Origin: Octopus vulgaris
Taxonomy: Eukaryota
Length of the DNA: 64,000 nucleotides
Assembly (NCBI GenBank): GCA_951406725.2
Contig: OX597818.1
Span: 26,908,001 to 26,972,000, forward strand
Direction of reading: 5' to 3'
In this document: positions 51,201 through 62,316 of the stretch, one piece after another
How the letters are laid out: every line of letters starts with the position of its first letter
How positions within the stretch are numbered: the first letter of the stretch is position 1
Notes under the pieces: model-generated
What the model saw: the letters and a program-made list of their open reading frames with translations, nothing else
Told to the model about the DNA's origin: nothing
Databases searched by the model: none
Made by a program: the position numbers and the translations under genes

Positions 51201-54200
51201 GTCTGGTGGTACGTAAAAGGCACTATCCGACTCGTGGCCGATGCCAGCGCTGCCTCCGCTGGCTTCCGTGCCGGTGGCACGTAAAATACTCCAATCCGAC
51301 CGTACGACAGGCACCCATGCCAACCCCCTTTGCTTGTGAAGACGTTGGGGCAATCGAAATCGAATTGAACCAGCCAGGATCCCTGGTCTGGTGGTACGTA
51401 AAAAGCACTATCCGACTCGTGGCCGATGCCAGCACCGCCTCGACTGGCTTCCGTGCCGGTGGCACATAAAATACACCAATCCGACCGTGGCCGTTGCCAG
51501 CCTCGCCTGGCACCTGTGCAGGTGGCACGTAAAAAGCACCCACTACACTCACGGAGTGGTTGGCGTTAGGAAGGGCATCCAGCTGTAGAAACATTGCCAG
51601 ATAAGACTGGAGCCTGGTGCAGCCTTCTGGCTTCCCAGATCCCCGGTCGAACCGTCCAACCCATGCTAGCATGGAGAACGGACGTTAAACGATGATGATG
51701 ATTTAAATAAGTAATTGTATAAAATGCAATAAATATTTTCATGTGATCCCCAATTCCTTACATTCTGAGGGTTGCATGTGGTAAAATAATTTATTTTAGC
51801 TGTGTAATTAGCCAATTCATTACATAGATTAGCAGATATTTATATCTTTATATCAATGACTTGTTTTCTGCTATACTATCATTTCATGTATTCAACAAGA
51901 TTCTTATTTCTTTTAGAGCGTGCATTGTGGAAGGGCCTGGACATCTTGGTTGGCACACCAGGTCGTATTCTTGATCACATCCAGAAAGGCAATATGTCTT
52001 TGCAGAAAGCTAAACATGTCGTTTTGGATGAAGTTGACCAGATGTTGGACATGGGCTTTGCTGAATCTGTTGATGAAATTTTAAAGGTTGCTTATGACAA
52101 AGGTAATACCTGTAGAAATTTTGAAATTAACCATTTGATGATAAGAGCAAGTTTATTGTAACACTTGGTACACAAAATCTATTTACTAAAAGTAAAAGCA
52201 TAGTTAAATATATGTAGTTCACATTTTTCTATACAAATAATACATATTTCCTTATTAAAATAACTTTCAGTGGACCCTCTCTCATTTTTCATTGCCATTC
52301 ACATCTTTATCAATGACATACCCTTTCTACCTAGTTTACTAATTCTTTATTTATATTTATGAGAAGGTGAGAATATCTGACTGACATGATGTGGATTCTT
52401 TATGTGAGAGTGTGTGTGCATGCACACATGCCCACATATTTGTATAGTGTGGATTCTGTGGAAAGTGTGAGTGGCTAAATGTTTATCTACTTTATGGTTA
52501 GTGTCTTTGCATGTATGGACATTCACTTCATGTATTCTTAGGATGGTATGTACCAAATTAGAATTATATTACTGTTCATCTTACATTCTTATAATTCATA
52601 GGAATAAGGGATGGTAAATTCCTTATTTGCATCATGTGGGTTTTTTAATAGATAAATTCTTTGATGTATAACTTAGCTAATGTTATTCTGATTGAACTGT
52701 ACATTCAGCAATTTATTTTTTGTAATTCCACAGAGGATGAAGGACATAAACCACAGACGTTACTGTTTTCTGCAACTCTGCCGCCCTGGGTGTATAGAAC
52801 TGCCCAAAAATACATGAAAAAAGATGTTAAGAAAGTTGATTTGATTGGCCAGCAACAAATAAAGACTTCTACAACTGTACAGGTATGTTATGCAGCTCTA
52901 AAGTTTACATTTTAATTGCTCTGCTATTAAAAGAAATATTTGTTTAGGTTCCAGTTCAGGATAGATTAGCTGTTAATATTACATCTAATTTACCATAATC
53001 TGGAGATTTACATGGGTGTTATAAAATCTCATAAGTATCATAAATTTCTGACCTTTTGCCAAATTCATGTTCAATATTAGTCTTGTAATCCTATGGTATT
53101 TCTTTTAGCAGCATTATAAGCTTTCACTCAGCTGTTACTTGTGGTCAAAGAAAATTTTAGCACTTTAAAAAAATCAGCTTTGTTTTGCTGTCTTAGACTT
53201 TTCAGTACTAAGAAGGCTTACTTTTAAATAGAAACATCAACCAAAATCTTATTGCACAAAGGAAAGCAAGTGATTTCAGTGGGTAAAAGTTCTATCAGTA
53301 TTATATAAGACTTTTTTGCTGCGTTGTATTTTAAACACTAATTATTTATAACAGTTAATACAAAGGTTGGTTAAATTTTCAATCATTTCAAAACTAGAGC
53401 ATGGATCTTATTTGATTTTGTCACAAAGCTATTGAAATAACATTGATTATAAATGCAGACTTTTAAAAAAATATAATTTTTACTTTCCAGCACCTTGCTA
53501 TCAAATGTAGCATTCAAGACCGTAACAGTATTATTGCTGATATAATCCAAGTGTACAGTGGTAATCATGGCCGTGCCATTGTGTTCTGTCAAACAAAAAA
53601 GCAAGCTGATGAGCTTGCTGTTAGTGCTTCAATGAAGTTAGATGCTCATGTGTTGCATGGTGACATTCCCCAAGATAAGAGAGAACTTGTCCTTAAGGTA
53701 AGATATTTATTTAAACTTTATATCTTAATTAAATTTTAAGTATAATTAATGGTTACATTGAACTTAATGAAAGACTGCTCATTAATTAGTTTTATTTATT
53801 TCTGTGCAATATTTGTTTAACCCTTTCGTTACCAAGCCGCCTGTATTTACCTATTCATATTTAAATGAGAATATCAGAGCAAATCTCTTTAGTACATTCG
53901 TGAAAACACGTGATTATACTTCGTAAACAGTTCATCTGCAGTTTTGTACAAGGATCAAAGTGTAATTTTAATTCCGTGAATTTTGGGAGATTTTTTTCCA
54001 AAATTTGTTCCTATTGTTTTCAAAATTTGTAATTCTGACAAAAAATGGATACAAATTTCATTATATCAAGCAACGAGTCAGAATTCGAAGGCTTTTCTAC
54101 TGAAGACCTTGATAAATCTAACTCTATGACTGAAAAAAAAAAGCACGTGGTATTTGATAATGAATCCGATGTTTCATTTTCCGAAAATGAAACAGTGAAT

Positions 54201-57200
54201 CCGAGAGCTCCGACAGCGATAAAGAAAATGAATTGGCACCTGAATGGAATGAAAATTTAAAAACTGTTTCTTTCAGTGATTTTTCTGAAGTAACTGGACC
54301 AAGCCACAATCTTTCCCAGGAGAGTAAAGCCTTAGACTATTTCTTTTTACTTTTTCGAATGAGCCTATTTGAAATCATTACAGCGGAAACGAACCATTAC
54401 GCTAAATGAAACAAAGCGAAAGAAAGGATAGTTTGTTATTTCCCACAACCCTAAATGAAATTAAGGCCTGTTTTGCCATAAATATTATTATGGGTATCAG
54501 AAAATTACGGCGGAAACGAACCGTTTCGCAAAATGTAAACAAAGCGAAAGAAAGGAGAGTTTGTGGTTTCCCACAACCTTAAATGAAATTAAGGCTTATT
54601 TTGCCATAAATATTATTATGGGTATCAGAAAGTTACCCATAAATATTATTATGGGTATCAGAAAGTTACCCATAAATATTATTATGAGTATCAGAAAATT
54701 ACAGCGGAAACGAACCGTTACGCTAAATGTAAACAAAGCGAAAGAAGGGATAGTTTGTGGTTTCCCACAACCTTAAATGAAATTAAGGCTTATGTTGCTA
54801 TAAATATTATTATGGGTATCAGAAAGTTACCCAGAATAACAAATTCTATAGTAAAATTTTATTGTATACCCAATTGAATATTAAGCTAATAACCCATTTT
54901 CTATAGCGATGTTTGAACAAAAATTTTAATAATTTTATATTTTGTTGAATTTACCTGTATCTACCTGCAATTAGTCACTTTGTGACAAAAATTATAGTAT
55001 AGAATTGGTTTAGAACATTTCATTAAATTATCTTCCAAAAATCACATAAATATATTGATAAATAAAAAAAGTTATAGTTGTTTAATGAAACCAGACTAAG
55101 TTTATGATTATGTTAGAAATTAATTGAAACACATAAGGGGTGTATTTTGGTCAGAAATATAGTAACGAAAGGGTTAAATTCTTCACTGAATAGCAGTCCT
55201 AAATTAAATACATCTAGAAATAATTATCTTAAGATACAATATGAATTTTGTACTTATTAGTACGGGGGGGGGGGGGGGGTTCACTGGTTAAATTGGTGTA
55301 TATGTAAATAAAATTTATGATGACAGCTGCAGTTATTTCAGAAATATTACTACTAGTACAGAAGATAGCATTAAATACATAGGAATAATATGGATTTAGT
55401 TTTGTGTGTGTGTGATTCAACATTTTTCATTTGTATACTTTTGTTTTTTTGTGGCTTTTCTCCTTTTCTGAATCTATCCTTCTACTTGTGTTAATATTCA
55501 GAGCTTCCGCGATAGTAAGTACAAAGTTCTTCTAACAACTGATGTTGCTGCAAGAGGCTTAGATATACCGGAGGTTGATTTAGTTGTGCAGTGTAGTCCA
55601 CCAAAAGATACAGATGCCTATATACATCGCTCTGGAAGAACAGGACGTGCTGGCCGTTCAGGGATAAGTGTTTTATTTTATTCACCGCGCCAAGAAAGTG
55701 ACCTTATGCAAGTTGAACGAAGAGCTGTGAGTTATTTTATATTATGCATATCATTTTATTCTCTTATTGTTATCAAATTAAAGTTCATATATGGAATAGA
55801 CATAGTCCTTTAATCTGTTTGACACCACTACTTGACCCATAGGTAGGTCAGTAAAAAAAAAAAAAAAAAAATTAAGAAGTTTGCTATACCACTATTTTGG
55901 TCTTGGGTTTCAAGCTACTGCACAGTACCTTGGGAAAGGTACTTTTGACTGAAACCTCAGGTTAACCCATGCATTGAGTGGAATTTTGTTGGTGGAAACC
56001 ATGTTGACTTTGCACGTGTGCACGCACACATGCGTGGCTGTGTGGTTAACAAGTTGTAATTGTAACCACATGGTTTCAGCTTTGACCTCACTGCATTATA
56101 CCTTGAGCATATGTCGTTGGCTGAAACTATGCTGAGGCTTGTTTATATGTGTGTATATTGTTTGAGCTTCTCCATGCATCCTTACATTGACATTGTGCCA
56201 TGTCCCCCTATAAAGAGTATATCTAGCAACTCTGGAGAGCGGTGGAATATAGTGAGAAAGAACTGGCAACAGGAAGCATATTTGGTTGCTTTAAACCTTT
56301 CATTACCAACCTGGCTGAAACTGGCTCTGGCTCTGAGTACAAATGTCTTGTTTTTATAAGTTTTGAATTAAGATCTTCCACCAAACCTTAGTCAGAATTT
56401 ATGTTCCTAATACTAGCTGAATGATAACTAAGTTATTTTACTAAATTCTTTCTTATATTTAAAGTAATTGAAAGAAACAGAGCATCTCAAAAATAAATAC
56501 AGTAACAAAAGGTTTAAGAAGAGTGTGTTGAATTACCTCTCTCTAACATAGCAATTTGCTGAAATATGTACCAGATTGAGATATATATGGAGGTCTGTAG
56601 GATCAACTAAAACCCCACACTGGTTGCATTCCTGTAATTGAAACCAGTAAAAATAAAGTAGATTAAAATAGATATACACTTATATGATGTATTTGGAGTA
56701 ATTGTTAGATTTTCAACTTTGCTTTTATTAAATAAAACATTCTTTTATAGGGTGTCAATTTTAAGCGAATTGGTCCACCAACCACAGTAGATATCATCAA
56801 AACGTATGCTAAAGATGCTGCAAGGTAATGATGTGTAATATCTTTTTATTGTAGGTTTATGTTTGATATGTATATTTATTATTGAATGACTAGGGAACAG
56901 GACATATGCAATCAACTTCATTAGCTTACAGCTGTTTCAGATTTAAAATGTAGAAAAGCTATTAAAATTCCAGTAGAATATATAAGCACATACAGAAAAC
57001 AAAGTATTGATCTTAATAAAAAAAATCTATACCTGTTTTACCTGGGAATTGTTGTAACTTGTAATTTGACTGATTGCTTGCCCTTGTTCTGAGTAAGTTT
57101 TACCCAAAGAAAAGTAAATTTGAATAAATTCTCATCCTAATTTTTGTGTTGGTGCTGAAAACTCTGATCTTTTACAATATGGTATTGTTGCACTAGTTTA

Positions 57201-59490
57201 CATAATTTTCTTCCTCTTCAAATATCGTTTTTACTATTAACACCCGAAATCTCTTTTTGTCTAATAAAGTTGAATTTCAGTAATTTCAATATCTTGAGAG
57301 ATGACCTATTTCTTCAAGATGTCTACTCCAAGATAGCCTAGTGCAGTTTATGATATTTCACTTTTGAGGCAAGATATTAGAAATGTCAATATTCCATGTC
57401 AAGTTCTTAATATGGGTTGATTTAATTCCTTATGTAGTCCATTAAATTGTTTCAAGAACCCAGCTATGCACAACCTTTTCAGTGAAGATTTATTTTACTT
57501 TTGGCCTTTAGTAATATGCCTTTGAATCTGAAAGTAATGATGGTAGGCAAAGTAATTACTGATCATTTTAAAGCTTAAGTGACTTGATCCTCTTCCTCCT
57601 CTCCCCAATAAATTGAAAGAAAGCAAATTGGTACTAATTGTTTTTCTGTTTCTTTTGTAGATCTTTAGATAATGTTCCTGATGAAACTTTAGATTATTTT
57701 AGAGACTCTGCCAATATTCTTATTGAGGAACGAGGAGCTGAGAATGCTCTTGCCGCAGCACTTGCAGTTATTTCTAAAAGCACAAAAATTATTTCTCGAT
57801 CACTTTTAAGTGCTAAAGAGGTAAAGTATCCTTTAATTCTGTTGTATTGTGTATATGTCTGTATTTTGGAGGAATGGTGAGTGTTTTGACAGTTTGGTAA
57901 AATGTAGCAGATCACTTTGTATACAGTATATTTCTAGTAGTTATGTTGGTTGAAGATAAAAGATTTAAATTGAAGCCCACTTTTTCTAAATGTTTTTTTT
58001 CTAAACCAAGATAACAAGAAGTCCACTTTATTAAATGTACAATATGTGCTAGAGGAGTTAATTATAAATGCAATAGTGTGAAAGTTATTAACCAATACGG
58101 CAATTATATTATAAATGTATGTATGAAGTGTTGAGTTGGATGTTGGAAATGGTGTGAAAGCATTGTTACTTAGGAGATATATTGAATAGAGGAGTAGGAT
58201 CAGATTTGACAGCAGTAAGATGTGCATAGATAGTGTTGCCAGAATTGCATGACACTCCAATGAGGAGAGCAAAATATTTGTGAGTAATGAATGCAAAGCA
58301 GTAGAAGAGGCTAGAAAGTGTAAAACGATAATAGTTATATTGATCAGTGTTTATTGCTTAGATAGGACAAAACGATGAAGTATAAGGGATGATGGGAATA
58401 GACTCTGGTGGAATGTATGAAGATAAATAAGTAGGTGGTGTGTTACATGCTGTGGAAGGATGTGAGTGAGTAAGAAGAATGATAGAAATGAGTGTGGGAG
58501 AAAGTAAAAGAAAGAGAACTAGCTAAAAAGTAATAAAGAAGGAAATAGGAGCAAGCAAGTTACTGAGGTTGTAGAGTGGAGAAGACTTATGAGTCTGTAA
58601 AGCTCTCTATATTCGAGAGAACAATCCTACAATGCTTGTTGCAGGCCATCGCCGTTTTCCTGAGATTCCATAAGTTCTTTACCTTTGTGTATATCCAACT
58701 TCTTGAGTAAGGATAGTATTGGAGAGCCATGCTAACAATCATCTATTATAGAACTCTTATAGTTACATTACATTATAGCTTTTGTATTTGTTCCATTGTT
58801 CAGATTTTGGAGATGTCTTTTTATTAGTTTAATTTCTTTTTATACATTTTAGGGTTATGTATCTTTTGTTTTGCGAACCAATACAGAAATTCGTTCCCCA
58901 GGCTATCTGTTAAATTGTTTGGAGCGACAGGTGCCAGAAATGTCCTATAAAGTCGGAGAAATTCGTTTAACAAAAGACAAAAAAGTGAGTATTTGTAAGA
59001 ATTTACCTCTATTTTTAACATTCATTATTGATATGTAATACTTGTAGTAAATATTAATTGCTAGATTTTTTGGTTTATTTTTCTATAATGGCTAAATTAT
59101 TTATTCTGTATAGATAATATATAGATCAAATTTAAACTCCTTGACAATTCTGTTTTTGTATTTTAGGGTGGTGTCCTAGATGTCCCAGCAGATATGGTAC
59201 GGCTTTTGGAAATGAAATGGTTAAACTCAAAACATGAATCATTAGAAAAAGCAACTGAACTGCCAGAACTAATAGAAGACAACAACGCAATGAGGAATGG
59301 AAGACGAGGCTATGGAGGTGGAGGAGGAGGAGGCGGTGGTGGCGGCGGTTATGGAGGTGGCTGGGGACGTGACAGGAACTCTAGAGGCGGTGGCGGTGGT
59401 GGGTTTAACAGAGGCCGCAGACCAGACTGGAGAAATAATAGATTTGATAATCATGGAGGTCCACCCAAGAAACGCTTCAGATTTGACTAA
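37506..59490 (+). CDS. DDX21: Nucleolar RNA helicase 2-like DEAD-box helicase (DDX21/DDX50 family), spliced CDS: proximal first exon + 13 common exons, ~641 aa
   Basis: Manual splice: 37506-37553, 43193-43319, 44312-44395, 46925-46944, 47712-47783, 49227-49344, 51917-52102, 52734-52882, 53491-53697, 55502-55726, 56751-56824, 57661-57820, 58853-58984, 59167-59490. All introns are GT-AG and phase-consistent with no internal stop. Motifs: GAFGNF..LFPIQ (Q), ARTGTGKT, PTRELA, GTPGR, DEVD (typical of DDX21/50), [34 protein letters not shown] tail. Confidence 0.93.
40309..40910 (+). mobile_element. tRNA-derived SINE with a ~190-bp insertion (40490-40680) in its internal microsatellite
   Basis: 5' and 3' halves of the family flank an unrelated segment. 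Confidence 0.82.
41990..42915 (+). mobile_element. Degenerate mariner element in DDX21 intron 1
   Basis: [21 protein letters not shown] (HTH) and [18 protein letters not shown] (cf. mariner IVTGDEKW). Confidence 0.7.
43193..43319 (+). CDS. DDX21: DDX21-like exon 2 (ENKTNMNG...[17 protein letters not shown])
   Basis: Polypyrimidine tract + ctgacag acceptor, GTATTG donor; encodes the aromatic residue region upstream of the Q motif. Confidence 0.9.
44312..44395 (+). CDS. DDX21: DDX21-like exon 3 (Q motif, [27 protein letters not shown])
   Basis: ttttttgcag / gtaagt; phase 1 to phase 1. Confidence 0.93.
44469..45536 (-). mobile_element. Non-autonomous piggyBac-family element, copy 1 (intron 3 of DDX21-like gene)
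   Basis: TTAA on both sides; TIR CCCTTTCGTTAC...GTAACGAAAGGG; minus-strand transposase N-terminal remnant (acidic SDSE tract, LDYFFLLF). Confidence 0.88.
46925..46944 (+). CDS. DDX21: DDX21-like 20-nt micro-exon (Walker A, R-TGTGKT)
   Basis: tttctgtcttcag|GA ACT GGC ACT GGA AAA ACA|gtaagt. Confidence 0.92.
47712..47783 (+). CDS. DDX21: DDX21-like exon 5 ([24 protein letters not shown])
   Basis: ttttatttcag / gtaaga; phase 0-0. Confidence 0.92.
47990..48795 (-). mobile_element. Old RTE LINE 3' fragment interrupted by a younger RTE tail (48510-48640), intron 5
   Basis: Minus-strand [25 protein letters not shown] and [16 protein letters not shown]; nested CATCATCAT...GGATGCCCTT tail. Confidence 0.75.
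49227..49344 (+). CDS. DDX21: DDX21-like exon 6 (motif Ia PTRELA, YGG)
   Basis: ttttctag / gttagt; [14 protein letters not shown]...[11 protein letters not shown]. Confidence 0.94.
50302..51701 (+). mobile_element. 5'-truncated young RTE-clade LINE (RT C-terminus + 3'UTR + (GAT)n tail) in intron 6
   Basis: Uninterrupted 243-codon frame 50302-51033: [53 protein letters not shown]; 3'UTR with ~187-bp duplication; ends AAACGATGATGATG. Confidence 0.9.
51917..52102 (+). CDS. DDX21: DDX21-like exon 7 (GTPGR, DEVD)
   Basis: ttcttttag / gtaata; VGTPGRILD...[13 protein letters not shown]. Confidence 0.96.
52734..52882 (+). CDS. DDX21: DDX21-like exon 8 (SAT motif III)
   Basis: ttccacag / gtatgt; [14 protein letters not shown]. 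Confidence 0.95.
53491..53697 (+). CDS. DDX21: DDX21-like exon 9 (motif IV, LHGDIPQ)
   Basis: tactttccag / gtaaga; HLAIKC...AIVFCQTK...[15 protein letters not shown]. Confidence 0.95.
53821..55173 (+). mobile_element. Non-autonomous piggyBac-family element, copy 2, with internal tandem duplications (intron 9)
   Basis: TTAA TSDs 53817-20 and 55174-77; same 12-bp TIR; remnant ETNHYA...[25 protein letters not shown] typical of PGBD/DDE_Tnp_1_7 proteins; ~127-bp unit x3 plus 33-bp repeats at 54381-54830. Confidence 0.88.
55502..55726 (+). CDS. DDX21: DDX21-like exon 10 (motifs V and VI)
   Basis: attcag / gtgagt; [16 protein letters not shown]...[12 protein letters not shown]. Confidence 0.96.
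56751..56824 (+). CDS. DDX21: DDX21-like exon 11 ([24 protein letters not shown])
   Basis: tcttttatag / gtaatg; phase 0 to 2. Confidence 0.92.
57661..57820 (+). CDS. DDX21: DDX21-like exon 12 ([10 protein letters not shown]...SRSLL)
   Basis: tcttttgtag / gtaaag; matches the conserved post-helicase segment of DDX21/50. Confidence 0.93.
58853..58984 (+). CDS. DDX21: DDX21-like exon 13 (GUCT-domain region)
   Basis: cattttag / gtgagt; [18 protein letters not shown]...; phase 0-0. Confidence 0.88.
59167..59490 (+). CDS. DDX21: DDX21-like last coding exon (GUCT end, Gly/Arg-rich RGG tail, [12 protein letters not shown]-like end)
   Basis: ttttag acceptor; GGVLDVP...ATELPEL...GGG/RGG; TAA at 59488-59490. 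Confidence 0.92.
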   Translation, partial: GGVLDVPADMVRLLEMKWLNSKHESLEKATELPELIEDNNAMRNGRRGYGGGGGGGGGGGGYGGGWGRDRNSRGGGGGGFNRGRRPDWRNNRFDNHGGPPKKRFRFD

Positions 59491-59897
59491 CAACTCATGA
59501 ATAGAAACTTTAAAAGGAAAGTTTTCTAAAGATATACAGACTGACTTCATAAAAAATGATATATATATATATATACACATATATATGTATACACATATAT
59601 ATATACACACATACACACACATAGGTTGACTGCCTCATGGTTATATTGGACCAAAAAACTGGGCTGTAGAGAAGGTGGAGTTATGTGCTGTCAGCTAAAC
59701 TGTACCAAAATGTTTCTTTTTTTAGTCTTCACTAATATTTCCACCATCACAGCATACAAATCTTTTTGCTTCTTTCAGGTGAATCTGTAATATAACATTA
59801 AGCATAACTTCTTCTTGTTATTTATTTATTCTGTGATGTGATTGTGTGACTATATTGTGACTGTGAATGTCATCAAAGTGCTGATAAATTGTGAACA

Positions 59898-60088
59898 TCT
59901 GTGCGGGTGGCACGTAAAAAGCACCCACTACACTCACGGAGTGGTTGGTGTTAGGAAGGGCATCCAACCGTAGAAACACTGCCAGATCTGACTGGGCCTG
60001 ATGAAGCCTTCTGGCTTCACAGACCCCAGTTGAACCGTCCAACCCATGCTAGCATGGAAAACGGACGCTAAACGATGATGATGATGAT
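59898..60088 (+). mobile_element. RTE tail insertion just downstream of the DDX21 stop (possibly in the 3'UTR)
   Basis: Near-identical to 18968-19155; ends (GAT)n. Confidence 0.85.
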
Positions 60089-61400
60089 GGTCTACTACAG
60101 CTGTATTTGATTAGGTAGAATTACGCAGTGCTCACAGAAATTCTTAATGCCTAGTCTATTGATTGGAAATATTTTTACTAAAGTTTGCATGTATCATAAG
60201 TCATAGTTTTATGATAATAGTTATGATCTATCCATGTCTCTAGTGAGCCTTTAACAAGAAAGTTAAGACATCTAATGCAATATACTATTTCTGCAAATGT
60301 AAGCCTATTTTGAAATGGCATATTTATAGGTAACTATGGATTTAGTGCCCTTAACAACAAACTTAAAGAATGACCAGCACAATATGCTAAATGTGTGTGT
60401 TGAAACATCCTTTTGATGAACATGTTCCTGTTGTTTATCCTGAATCAGTTCTGCACAAGCATTTTTTTTTTGTTTTGTTTTTTAAAGAATAGTCTGCCTT
60501 GTTTTCATGTTTATCTAACATCCACTTTTTTCATGCTAGTATGGCTTACACAAGGACTTATTTGAAGCAGGATTTTGCAGCAGAATGTTCTTCCTAAGTA
60601 CCTGGTTATAATGTTAGCAAAGAATGACAACAATATTATCATTTGCTCAAGCAGTTAGTGACGAGCATAAAATATCAACATTAACCTGTGCACACACATA
60701 CGTCTTTATTTACCATAGTCTTCTATTGCCCTAGCTATAATAGAAGACATCCAAAGTGGGATTGAACCCAAAACCACATGGTTGTGGAGCAATCCTTTTA
60801 ACCACCCAGCCATTTCTGTGGTATAGAAATTTGAGTTGGTGTAACATAATAAAAGGTGTCCTATCTCAGTTGTAGGAACATTATACATTCAGCTTAAGAG
60901 TATATTAGATGAGTATAACAAAAAAAATGTGGCTTATGATAAATATCTTTGTTAAATCTCCTCTGTAACTTAGGTCCTAACTAGTGTTCAGAAAGTTGAA
61001 TCCCTATATATGATTCCTCCGACAAAAATGATGCCAATTTATATAAATCTATAAAATATTTTCTAAAAGCTTGGATCAAGAAAATTAGTTGAGCTTCAGT
61101 GTTTATAAACACGACTTTTCATGTTCAGCATGATGTTATACGCACCCCCTCCCACTTCCAAATATAACGTCAATTTCTAAGAAATTATTTTCCCTGACTC
61201 CTCAAATATTCACTAAATGACCAGAAGTTCAGGTGTATCCTGAAGCAACATTTCGAAATTTGTTTTGATTTTATTACATTGGGATCGTTAATGAGGTTAA
61301 ATTTAACTTCTGCTGTACCAGTGAAAATATTTCAGTTGTTAAAAAGCTTTAAGTATTCATCATCGTTTAACGTCCACCTTCCATGCTAGCATGGATGTAT

Positions 61401-61590
61401 GAAAAGGAGATATTGAGGCAAGATATTGTTTTTCTTTGGAATAGGTGCTTGCAGTAGATCTTGTGAAATCATTTCATATACCCTTCAGTATTATGTAACT
61501 TGTCAGATGTGTGGAAAAAGATACTGAGGCAAGACATTTTTTTCTTTGGAATAGGTGCTATGCAGATCTTTTGAAGTCATTTCATATACA
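61401..61590 (+). repeat. Local direct duplication, ~80-bp core, ~113-bp period
   Basis: GATA(T/C)TGAGGCAAGA...TTTCTTTGGAATAGGTGCT...TCATTTCATATAC occurs twice. Confidence 0.75.
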
Positions 61591-62096
61591 CTGCTTGATG
61601 CTAAGGCCTTAAAAACTCTTGGTGCTCAAATTCTACAGCCAAATTAAGATACATCAATGTATTACAGAGCTAGATGTTAATGAACTCAAAGACATACTTT
61701 AAATAGGAAAGAAAAAATTTAATATCTACTCTTGTCACACGATAGACTTATAGCAATGCAGGTTGATCACCACATATGAATGTAATTTCAAAGCATTTAA
61801 TTCTTGGTTTCATAGTGATGAAGTAATTAGTTTTATGGTTCACTATAATTTTAAATCTTCATGCAAGATAATTTTCATCCATATAAATTGCACATTAAAT
61901 ACTAATTAAACAATACAATATTCAATATTTGAAGAATATTTCTTGGTATCAACTTCCAGGTAATAGTCATTAATTTCAAATCATATGTTGTTTTTCATTT
62001 ACCTCTGAAGCCAGCTTTGCCATGACCAGAACTGGAGTTTCTCTCGAGAAATAAATTTTTTTTCCTAGGCCAGGAAAGAGATGTTCTCTGCAAAGT

Positions 62097-62316
62097 TTAA
62101 CCCCCTAGCATTCAGATTACTCTATCATATGCAATGCTTATTTATCCGCATTGTTTTGAATTTATCATACGTTATCTTGTAGCTTTGAGATTTTGATTGT
62201 GCTTATTTTTAGAATGACATTGTATGGTAGGTGTGAGAGGCCTGATCTGGTCAGTTTGAACAAAATACAGGGGCTATTTGGGCCTGGTATGGCCGGTTTG
62301 AATACTAAAGGTTAAA
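62097..62316. mobile_element. Short TTAA-flanked piggyBac-type MITE
   Basis: TTAACCCCCTAGCATTC...GAATACTAAAGGTTAA; reverse-complement homology to 28023-28586. Confidence 0.6.

Noticed and set aside
43320-59166. Intronic C/D snoRNAs, expected in a ribosome-biogenesis host gene
   Set aside because: TGATGA hits (e.g. ~46960 and ~47889) lack a properly spaced CTGA and terminal stem by eye. A snoscan/Infernal search is needed to exclude them.
59269-59622. Overlapping alternative-frame and antisense ORFs in the last exon
   Set aside because: Shadow ORFs of the GGN-rich Gly tract.
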